Below are positions 12,741 to 23,504 of a stretch of 64,000 nucleotides of DNA, in pieces. How positions within the stretch are numbered: the stretch's first letter is position 1; each line of letters starts with the position of its first letter. The notes below the pieces were generated by a model, which ran no database searches, was not told the DNA's origin, and was given only the letters and a program-made list of their open reading frames with translations. A program made the translations under genes and the position numbers. Origin of the DNA: Sphagnum compactum (Eukaryota). The DNA lies in NCBI GenBank assembly GCA_965153455.1, contig OZ234494.1, positions 2,108,001 through 2,172,000 of the forward strand, written 5' to 3'.

Positions 12741-12852
12741 GACGACGAGGTAAAATCACGCGACTCGAGTGGCTGTTGTGCCCACCCGGATAGCGTTTTG
12801 TACACCTTTCAATCCATCGCCGGAACCGAGTCCCCCCAACTCCACCCCCGGC
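12741..12852 (-). promoter_or_regulatory. GC-rich double stem-loop RNA element in the ODC leader
   Basis: Pairings found by eye. Hairpin 1 (12852-12819): GCCGGGG/UUCCGGC plus GAGUU/GACUC. Hairpin 2 (12821-12741): GGCGAUG/CGUCGUC, AGGUG/UACCU, ACGC/GCGU and CGGGUGG/CCACUCG closing a GCACAACAG loop. Confidence 0.5.
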
Positions 12853-12935
12853 AAGAAACCGGTGCGGCTATGAGAAGGGGGATACGAAAAGTCCGCCGCA
12901 ACCGCCAAAACTTTCGCGTAACAACTCCACCGAAT
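12756..12935 (-). promoter_or_regulatory. Candidate non-AUG (AUU) upstream ORF in the ODC 5' leader, 59 codons: IRWSCYAKVLAVAADFSYPPSHSRTGFLPGVELGGLGSGDGLKGVQNAIRVGTTATRVA*
   Basis: Open frame from ATT (12935-12933) to TGA (12758-12756), in the same frame as the ODC AUG. It lies in a GC-rich, AUG-depleted leader. The start codon is inferred by analogy with AUU-initiated uORFs of animal and fungal ODC homologues. Confidence 0.5.
12809..12817 (-). promoter_or_regulatory. Minimal uORF AUG-GAU-UGA (Met-Asp-stop) in the ODC leader
   Basis: Only ATG on the minus strand between 12594 and 13746. Context GCGATGG has G at -3 and G at +4. Confidence 0.7.
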
Positions 12936-13489
12936 ATCAAAGACAGCGGAGAGAAGTCAGTCAGAGAGAGATAGAGAGACAGAGACAGAGAGAGTTGGAG
13001 ACCCTCCGATCCGATGACTTCACCCCCACCAAGTACGCAAACAAAGAAAGGTTTACCTGATCACAACAGCAAAATTCCCAAATGCTACAACAAAGAAAAG
13101 CTCTGATAAGGGACACCCAAAAACAGAAAGATCACGTCAAGAACTGGAGCTTTGCACTACTAGAGTTACAAGTCCCAGAACTGTTGCCAAAAGGCTTGTT
13201 GTTGTCTCGGAGCTCACAAACTGGAATACCAAAACACAGGAGGGTTGTTCCAATAGAGCGAGAGTTGATAGACTATTGAAGGCAGAACCAGAAGAATCAG
13301 AACAAAACTCAAACCCAACAACAACAAACAACAACTAAGAAAGCCTTCTATGAAAAGAACAAGCGCTTGGAAATCGACTACTCGGGCAACGAGATCAGGT
13401 GTTTGGGAGTGGAGACAATATGGAAAAACTACAACCCAACAAAGCACGACCCCTTAGAGACGGGTCGCGAGTTCCGACGAGGTAGGGCG

Positions 13490-13820
13490 CTTCTAAACTG
13501 AGGCCACAACACGAGGGAAGCTCAAGGTTTTAAGAAGGTTTAGCGAGGGAAGGATGACTGGGCACCCGGGGGAATCGGGGGTAAGTGGGGGCGGGGGGGG
13601 AATTTGAGATGGCAGGCAGAAGGGGCGGATCCTGAGTTGTGGACGTAGGACCGGTTAAGGGGGGCGCCCGGCCTGGTACAACTGGTTTGCTCTACGGCGG
13701 GGGTCAGTCAGTCAAGGGGGTGTGAGGTGGGGGCCGTGGGGTGACGCATACAGGAACCGGTAAATTAAACCAGTCGCTTCCCTTCCTATCGCAACCAACC
13801 GCGCCTACCAAGGCCAGAGG
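13490..13820 (-). promoter_or_regulatory. Probable ODC core promoter (GC/CpG-rich)
   Basis: CpG-rich block upstream of a CT/GT-rich leader. TATA-like CTTCTTAAAACC near 13525-13540 on the minus strand, G-tracts at 13568-13600, TGACG motif near 13742. TSS not determined. Confidence 0.5.
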
Positions 13821-16800
13821 GCTAGTCCTTTTTTGTGCTGGCTATATATAGCCAAATAGCTATATTAAAAATTAAAAAGTGCTAAATTCAAGTGCTGTTA
13901 AAGATTTTCAATAGCCATACTTATACCCAAATTTTAAGAAAAATTCGTTAGATTTCTATGCATGGTTCAAGTAGGGGTAGCCACAAAATATATTGAAAGT
14001 GTGTTTGAAAAGAGTTTACTTTTAAATCTAGATTGTAGACAAATATGGCATTAAAAAATCTTCCTGTGGATCATCATCGCCAGTTTTGGCTACATCATAA
14101 AATTGACCCCAAAAAACAATTGGGGGGGGGTGGGGGGAAGTCACGGCGAAGGAAGGAAAGCGGGAGGTGGTGTGTGGGTGATGATGGATGGCGGGCGGCA
14201 AAACTAACACCCTACTGACCACCATTGCCTGGCACATTAGGTAATAACTTTACTTATTTGAGTGCTTTGATGGAGTTGCAACAGATATCCTCAACGACGC
14301 CACGATGCCTTGTCTGCCGACGACGTCGGTTCCTCTGCATTTTCTTTGCACCTCGATCTCTCACGACGCCATGACGCGGTGTCTGCCGACGACAACGACG
14401 ACGACAACGCGGGTTCTGTCTGTCTCTCTCTCTTTCCCCGCCCCTCTCTTGGATCCTTCGTCCCTTTTTTCCAATTTCTTGATGGGCGAGGCGGAGTTCC
14501 AACCCTCAATTGTTGTTTCTCTTTTCTTTGCATCTTCGTTACTCAAAACCGTTGAATCGAGGGCGGGCGAAGTTTAGGGGAAGGCACTCACAACTCAGCC
14601 CTGGTGGGTTCATGAGGAGGCCAAAGGCACTGCTGACAGCAGTGCCTTCCCTTGCATAAAGACTGAGGTCACAATGATTTGACCGGTTCAGATGCATTAG
14701 AACGAATGGTACAGACTCCCTTACAGGAAAATTCCTCGGCTGCAGGGAAATTACATGTAATCTCCAAGGAAATTACTTGGGCTTCACTGGGAACAGGAAA
14801 TTGTACTCGGGGAGGTTCCCAAAGTTCCCTGAATTTCTTGGACCCGACGTTTTTAGGGTAGTTGGTAACTTCTAACTTCCTACTCTTTCAACTGTCCTTA
14901 CATTATTTAAGTTAGTAGGCAACTTCCTATCCCAATTGTCCTTGAGACATCTTCCAAGGGATGGCAACATGATGGTTTCCATCTTGTAGAGGGATGGTTG
15001 GCAACATGATGGCTTTTTTTCTGTGTTTTTGTATTATGGTTAAGACTCTTTTCTTTCATTTGGATTTCATTTTCTTTTCGCCCTTCACGGAGATTGCATG
15101 TGATTACTCTCGTGATTGTATTGGACTAGTGTACCTACATGCTTGAACAGGAAAACAAGAATGATTTAAGACTTAGGTGAGACTTTATATTCATTTTCCT
15201 CACTATGGTTATAAGTTAATTGAAGAAGATGAGGAAATACACTATGTTTTTCTCATTACCATGTTTGGGGAATAAGTATTGAACTCAATCCTGATTCTCC
15301 ATGAGTAGTGACCATCAAATGGTATGTTAATTTCTTTTTCATTCTGAGGTGGACAACAATTTCTAATTGTAACTTATTACATATGTAGATGGTGAACTGA
15401 TTGGTCTTTCTTCAGGTGCATAGACTCCATACAAGAAGGCCTAGAAGGTTTGGTTCAGTTACTGGTGTTATTCTGGTGTATAGAGCATGGCCTTGTACAA
15501 AATGTCGGGGTACACATTGATAACAAGGAACCTATAATGCTGGTACAAGGTAAAGCAATACCGATCTCACCGAGTCACCATTCAGATACTTCTTCCAACG
15601 TCACTAAGTTTATACCAGCCTGGTATCAATCTTGCTCTAGTATGACTTGAGGCAGCATCATAACAGTACTTCCCCACTTTCCTTGTTCAATTTAGTAGCA
15701 TGAACCTCATTTTTTGCACTGAGGTGGAAAAGCATGAGGTGGATGGATGGAAATCCTGCCTCTCGCATCTGCTGAATTTGCAGATTCTCTTATCTCTGAT
15801 GTGTTCTATGAAATAGCAACAACTGTGGACAAACTAATGACAAATTCCAAAAAGACAATTCCAGCTTTTATTCGGATGATCAAACCATTGTTTGTCTGGT
15901 ATAATTATATAACATATGACTCAGGTCCCTGTATCTGGATGTCTGCAAAAATGAAATACCATATGGAAATTGTTATCAGATGTATACTGGAATTTATATA
16001 CTAGTCTGATGTAAGTAGGTCATTGATTATGAATTGATGATGCATTGCTTACCTAGTAGTGTTCATGTGCCTAGTAGTGTTGGGTGGTTGGTTTAGTGTT
16101 ATATCAACTGATATATAATACGAATCCTAATATTGACATGACATATACCAGATCTTTCATTGATGTTTTCTTTTGGAAATGCAGTGTATGATATTTACCC
16201 CAAGAAGAAAGCACAAGGCATCCATGAGGAAGGAGTGTTGGCTACCATTAACATCTGGGCTGATTTTGTTAGTACGATCAGAGAGTACCTTGCCCAATGT
16301 ATTTTTTCAAGCACCATTTGTGGGACATTTTTAAAAAATGGAATGCCTGCGAGAGTGGGTGTTCTGTTTTTTTGACATGCCTTGCATTTTTCCTGTTTTT
16401 CCCATGATACCTGGTAGGTATCATGGGAAATGTTTTTAGTAAAAAAAAAATGGGTGCAGGTCTTTAGTCTTTATGCTTGATAAAGCCCTGAGCTACAGTT
16501 TCCTAGGTGGTTGTTTGATTTTTCAACCCTAAACCCTAGAACCATGGTCATGTATAAGAACGGGATCTTTGAATTTTTTGAGAACCACAGTCAGGAACCC
16601 TAAGAATCACCCCACGGTTTTCAGGGGTATGTTCTTGGTTCTGATAACCACCCAACACTACTAGGCACATAAACCTGTAAAGCAGACCCTTATATTTGAA
16701 CCCCTTAATAGTGATAAAAATTCATTATATATTTTGTGTGCCTGACCGCATTTTCCCAGTCCACGTTTCCTATGTCAATGAGATGAGAAATTGCATTATT

Positions 16801-19453
16801 GACAAATTAATACTCAATATTTCTTTTTGATATATATCCACATCCATGCCTTATTCAACAAATGAATGCATTCATCAACATATACATCTAACAGGTATAT
16901 ATACCAAGTAGTATGAAGCTCCACAGAATACCTCGCTCATATGCAAGCTCTATAAGTGGTAGGTAAGGCCTGCATATGGATGAGGGGTGTTACCAGAATA
17001 AGGTACCCCACCTGAGGTGGCAGCTGAGGGCAGAGCCAAATTCTTGTACCACCGGCCTATATGGGCCTTATCGTGCATAAGGACCACTCAGCATTGCTCA
17101 GCCTTATTGCTGATGTGCAAAGAAAAATGGGCAGGCCATTACAAAAATGGAAGAACATGGCAAGAATCTTAGGAACCCGGCCTGAATTGTAAGATGACCT
17201 CTTCTATCAGGAGGGGATCTTACACATTAAAGTGCCATCCGAATACACTGCGAAATCGAAGCAAGGAAGGTCATTACGAAAGCCCAGTACCATGACCGGT
17301 TGATATGTCGAGTGAATAACAAATAACCATGGTTTGCTCCCCTACACCCTAGAAACAAGAGTTCCCTTCAACCCATTTATTTCTACTGAACGGATCAGAG
17401 TCATCCCATTGCTGTACTGGGAACTTAATTTTACATAGCAGTTGAATCTATAAGTGCATTATAACATTTATGGAGTCGGTTCGCTACAGGTAATAACGTA
17501 TATGGAATACCAAAAGGGGTCATCTTTCCTCAGAGCCCTTGACTTCAAAGCCCCTAGCATGGGATTTTTTGTTCAGAGCATGCGTTTTTCATTCCCTACC
17601 AAAAGGGCCATACTTTTATCATACCCCTTAGAGAATATTTCAGTAGCCCAGCGTAGATTCATTCGCAAGTGGGAAGTATGAGTTTAGACCCTTGTATTTA
17701 GTGGCCATCAGTTTGACCCTTGGAGAGCAACAAAATGTGGTCTTAGATCATCCATGGAGGCCATTGGTCAAAAAGCCAACTTTGTTGCTTTCTGGCAGGT
17801 AGTATATATGCATCCTTTTGAGACTTTGGCTTCTTGAGAATATGTACAAAGTTCAATCACCAGCCTTTCTTGGAATCTGGCTGCCTAGACAATTTAACAC
17901 CCGGCCTTTCTCCAATCAATCTTTTGTTGGAATCCTCTGCCAAGCATTTTGAGCAGCTTCTGTGGGCCTCTGAACCTTCAGCACTTCTGTGGTCACTGGG
18001 GTTCAGATTTATCTTTCAAGCTTTGACTTGCGCCCAAAAGCAGATATAATGTGTATGGTGACATTCACATTCGGTTTAGGTCTAGAAGGCCAGCCTCTCA
18101 TTTGTGACTCAAAACGATACGTGTCGTGTAATAAGCTGCCTCCTAATGGTGCTTGACTCCAGCTTAAATTGAGATTGTAGGTTTGGACAAATGGGTGCCT
18201 TGGTGATCCAAAATCCAGATGAATTTTGAATGATGGGAAAATTAAGAAAATTTATTCCAAAAAAAGGAACATGGCCTGAGATAAGTATCTGGAGGTGCCT
18301 TCTTATCCATCCCTCTTAATAAGAAAAGAGCCCTAAACCCACCAAAGAACTGCCATCCATCAATAGGGTAGGATGTTCAAAGGAAGGGCTATTAATCGAG
18401 GCCAAAAAATAGTGGCAGCCAATTTTAAGAATAGAATTTCCATGCAACCAATGAGAAGTCGTGTCATGGAGTGAAGGGACCTCCCTTTTTTTTCTTGTGG
18501 GTGGGGAAGGGGGGGGGGGGTTCGCTCCTCAAAATTCAAGCATAGATAAACACACTAGGAATAACAAAGAAAAGCATGATGATTTTTCAACCAAGCAGGA
18601 TTAGAGTACTACCAATGTGTAAAAATGATGAGTAAAACAACAATAACAGCAACAAATGAGACTGTGTGCTCTACAAGATACCTAGTAGGAGAAATTCACT
18701 ACATGTAGTGGGTGGTTTCGTGAGGCCTAAAAATAGGTGGTGAGAGGCGGTAGAAATAAATAGGGATGCACCACACCCTTAGGAGACACCATAGGGCCAC
18801 CCTTCTCCATGAGACACACCATAGGAGTCACACCCCCTACTTTAGCATCATGCCTGCATTCTTGCTGGTCCTCATCACCCCTACCCTATTTTTCCTCCCC
18901 ATTTACTCTCCACACCCATCCTTGCATGGCTCTCCGCCAACGTGACCTGGTATGCAGGTGTAACTCACACACCAAACACTTGGGTCAGTTAGGTTTAGTA
19001 GCTACTTTTACATACATTTGCACAGCTGGTAAAACTCTCCCATCTCTCCCATGTTGTATTAGGTTTTTCCTTTAGGGTTCCTCCCTTATAATTTGCCTTA
19101 AAATATCCCCATCCTGATTGAGTAATGAATATCTAAGGCCTCATCTTTCATAACAGCTAGATAGATAAACCCACTATATGACAATAATAAGGGTTATGTA
19201 TGCCATTTAGTCCTTACCTACAAAGCACTGTTACCCAATCATCCAATTGTAAAGGCCTTCTTTCTTTCTTTCTTGATTTTTTTTTTAATTTTTTTTTTGG
19301 GGGGGGCACAAATGATTCTTTCTTTGATTTTTCCTGGATATGAATAGCGATGACTTTGCCTGAAAAATCCAACCCCCAATCCTCGCCTTCCAAAAAGAAA
19401 ACCCTTCAGTTTTCAAGACAGCTAGACTAGCATAGAAAGGTACGATTATCTGT

Positions 19454-19486
19454 TGAATGAATGAATGAATGAATGAATGAATGAAT
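19454..19486. repeat. (GAAT)n microsatellite
   Basis: About 8 tandem GAAT units. Confidence 0.85.
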
Positions 19487-22400
19487 CGAAATCTAAGTGG
19501 AAGAAATCCACTTTGGTCCATTTTAGTGTCATCCTAGGTCTTATATGGGCCTTTACCCATTGTAAAACACCAGGCATAGGAGCATGACAGTTCTTATGCC
19601 TATTCCTTAAGAGTGGGACGGATCTTACACATATAAGTAGGCATATGAGGCCACAGTGAACCAGAAGAATGGATGGTAAGGTGTCAGGAAATGGTTTTCT
19701 CTTGCGTTCCAGTTCCCTACCTAACCAACAGTGGTTAGCTCAGTTGCTTTCTTTTCTACCTACTTACTAACAACCCCCAAGCAGGTTGCTCATAAGTAGG
19801 TAGTAAAAACAGCCCTTACCTATGCATAAAACTTACCTAGTAGTTCGCTATTTTCTTACCTACCTATCTATATATGAGGCCTATTTCCTCCAAAATTGGT
19901 TATCAAGGTGAAACCCAATATGAACTCACTTGAGGTTCATCCACAACTGAGTAATAACAGGCATCCAGTGGCTGGTGCACTGGTAGGTGCCGGTTCACTG
20001 TGGCTGGCAGGCCTATGATTGGCGTAGGGGTTAGATCCCTCCCACTCTTAAGGAGTAGGTATAACATCCCTCCTACAAATAGGAGGGATATTCAAGGATA
20101 TATGGTGTCCTCCAAGTGCACTTTGGAAATTTCTCATAATGCTTTACAAAGTGTGAAAAGACACGCGCAGGATTTTGGCCATACTCACACAAAAAAATCC
20201 TTTGACAATGAACACATCGGGATCATCTGGGGCAGGTTACTTTCTCTTGTGCCTGTCCACTGGAAAAGTTGTAGCATACAATGTGAACTGATTCTTGTTG
20301 CATTTCTCTAGTAAAAAACATAGCTTGTCACACAATTCAAGGGCAACTGAGAAATTGTATGTTGACCAGAATTGCGTAAATCGGGTTGTGTTCCATAGTT
20401 CATCGAACATGATCTGGAGGCCTTGGGCTTTAGTAATGGTGTAACTGTTTTTTCCTTAAATCATGCTCTAAAGACAACTAAAAATAGCCCGGTGAAGCTC
20501 GTGCAGAAAGACTATTATGATGGATATATTAGGTAGAGTATCTCATGGGGTGGATGTCAACAAGGCAGCTTGTCATCTCTAGTGCTAATAGCGTAACTTT
20601 TCCTATTCTTGAACTTCTCTTTTGGGCTGTTGTGTCGTCACATAAACATACTTAGAACAGGGACAGCCTTTCTCTATAGCCTCCCACCATTGTCTTCTTT
20701 TGAGAGGAGAAGCAAACCAACCCAAACCCCCAAAAATAAGAAGGGGTGGGAAGGCGGGGGGAACCCCAGTAAAAAATGGTTTCTCCTTTCATTCCTTCAT
20801 TCTCAATTTTTATTTTATTTTTCATTTTTATTTTTTATAAATTCAGGGGTTAATTTTTTGTTAACATAGTAGGGTTGTGAAGCTAAATTTGGGTAAGCTT
20901 CTTTGTTTATCACTTACATGTGTTACCGACCAGAGTAAATCATTCCCACTTCTGATGGATGCTCAGTTTGGCTAGCTAGCCTTGGGTGAACCAGCACCTA
21001 CTACACTGGTACCAGCAGAGTATGAAGGACATGACCAACCTGGTAAGCAACCTGATCTGTTTAGCAGTTATATAATATTCCTACTGTACAACAGCCTTTG
21101 TTTTTGACTAGGTAAATATCAAAGTAAATAATCAAAAATCAAAAAAAAAAAAAGTGATTTGTGAAAAAACAACAATAGTATTTTGAAAAAAACGTCAGAT
21201 TTCTATATTTGGTTTTTTTAGTGTGGTAGCTATACTTAAAATAAGGAAGGTTGGTTAAAGGGGGATTTTGTACTTCATATCTGGTCTGGTTTTTATAGCC
21301 AGATTTGGGTAAGTCTTCCTAGAGATGATCACCATATTTTTAAACATCTTCTTCCTCTGGATTATCACCAGTTAGGCTACATTAAAAAAAAATTGCTTAA
21401 AAAAATCTTTGATCAGATAACTATAGCCATTTGCCAGTTTTCACTACCTATTCATTCTCAGTAAACTGAGCTGGTTTAGAAATTAGTGTGCAGACTGAAA
21501 TTCATTATATATTTTTAAAAAAGATAAAATTAAGTTTAGATATTATTGTGCGGCTGATACATAGTGACCCACCAAAAAAAAAAAATTATAGAAATTTATT
21601 TAAAATTAAACTATTTATAAATAAATAAATAACTGTTGGGGAGGTGGGGGGACGTACAAGGGACGGCAGTCCCAAATATCACGAAATATCACTGGGAGCC
21701 GCTCACGACCATGTGCGGCTGTACTTGGGTTTCGACATGCTTCTTCGCCTGAGTTGATGATTTGGTGTATATGGGCATGCACTGATCCACGTCATTTTGT
21801 TTCCATCCCAGGAAGGAAATATTCATCTTATGGGAGAGAGGAAAGTCCTAAGAGTAGCTGAAAAGATGAAGAAGAAGATGCTGCTGGAAAGCTATCTGGA
21901 TTGGAGATGTCAGTAAGAGCAAACCTCAGAGTCTCACGCAATACAAAATTCACTATTAGTAGTAATATTTCCTTTTCCTTATTTCGGCGAAAGTTTTGCA
22001 CAAACAAGTATTTTTCTGTCGCAAATTTCCTTTTCTTAAATGAATTTTGCTCTGCCAACTTTTGCCAATTTTTTTGTTTTTTCTTATTACAAAAGGAAAA
22101 CTGTTCATCACAGTTCTGTGACCCAGGGCTCTTTTGGCAATTTTGTGATGTGCTTTCAGTGGCCAGCATCCCAACAATTGTCAACAACTGTGTACTTGCT
22201 ACTACTGTTTTGATGGTCCTGAACAAATGTGTGGCCAATTAAGGCGAAATCTGGTTTGGGATGATCATGCTCTCTACTGTAACTCTGCTGCATCACAAAA
22301 CTGAAAACAAAGCACTGACGAGGAGGAGCACACGATGTGAGGAGTACTGTATCAATAAGTCTTGAAAATCCATCCCCTGTTTCTCAGCAGTGCCTTGCTC

Positions 22401-23067
22401 TGTGAGTTCAGGCGAAAACCATCCGTTGTGCTTCCTCCGTCCCTTCCTCCCACCCTCCAGACTCCCATGTCTTTCTTGGATTATGGGGTGATCAGTATAA
22501 GCGACTGCCTGTCCCCCTCCCCTTCGTGGGCTTGTCTGTGAGCTCAGGCAGACCTACCTACTACCTACCTGCCACCACATCATAATGTTCTTCTGACCAT
22601 GTGACCATATGTTGTTGACAAAAGGATCAGAGAGTTGTGTCATGCCTCCATTTCTATTTCCTTCAAGGGTCACATGCTATTCTGAGGAAAAAACAAGCTC
22701 AGAACAACAAACAAGCAAATTTGCAAATTCCACATTGCCCATTGCAGAGAATATGGGCAAGAGGCACAAATCAACCCTTATATAATCTAACTTATTTTAT
22801 ATAATGTAAATCAGCCGTTATATAGTATAAAATCAATGTTTATACATATGTTGAAATAATAAGGTAATGTACACCTCAACTGTTACACTTTATAATCTAA
22901 TGTGAAATGTAAATCTGCTCTTTTAGCATAATATGGGCAAGATGCACAAATCAACTGTTTGAATGCAAGCTTCAAAGCAAAATCTAATTATTGCCAAAGC
23001 TACAGTACGAGTCTCAAAGTATGAAGGTGAATCAAGTATGTTCAACAATTGCCCATCCAACTACCCA

Positions 23068-23504
23068 TCTATCTATTAAGGAAGGTTGTTTGTTTGTTTT
23101 CTTTGTCAGGTTGAGATCTCCCAAACTACAATGCCCCCACCAGGCTCTTCTTACCATTGTAAAGCCCTCACTGCGTAGAGATGCACCCCAGTGCTTTCAT
23201 AATATTTAGACATATGGTGCAAGAGTTATTGAATATTGAACAATTATGTGTTTGAAAATTCATAAAATCAAAACCAAAAACATTTAGGTAAATTTGGGTG
23301 TGGTATTGGTATTGTTGGAAGGCCCTCAATGAGGAGAATTTTATGGAGTTAATTTCATAATATCTAGACTTGAGGTGTGGGAGATATTGAATTTTTTTGT
23401 TACTTTGTCATTGGAAATTCAACTAGATTACAAAAACTGATAAAGGAACAAGAAATTAGTTGAGTAACAAGTTCACATTTGGTCCAAAGGCACAAGCATC
23501 GTAG
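23068..23504 (+). mobile_element. Non-autonomous Helitron-like element; related partial copy at about 23620-23935
   Basis: Starts A|TCTATCTATTAAG and ends ...CGTAG|T (degenerate CTAG between A and T). Internal sequence (gcaa.agttattgaatatt.aaca, ccctcaatgag) repeats in the adjacent copy. Confidence 0.5.

Noticed and set aside
17450-18250. Possible decayed retroelement or gene coding sequence
   Set aside because: Only short broken frames with no diagnostic motif.
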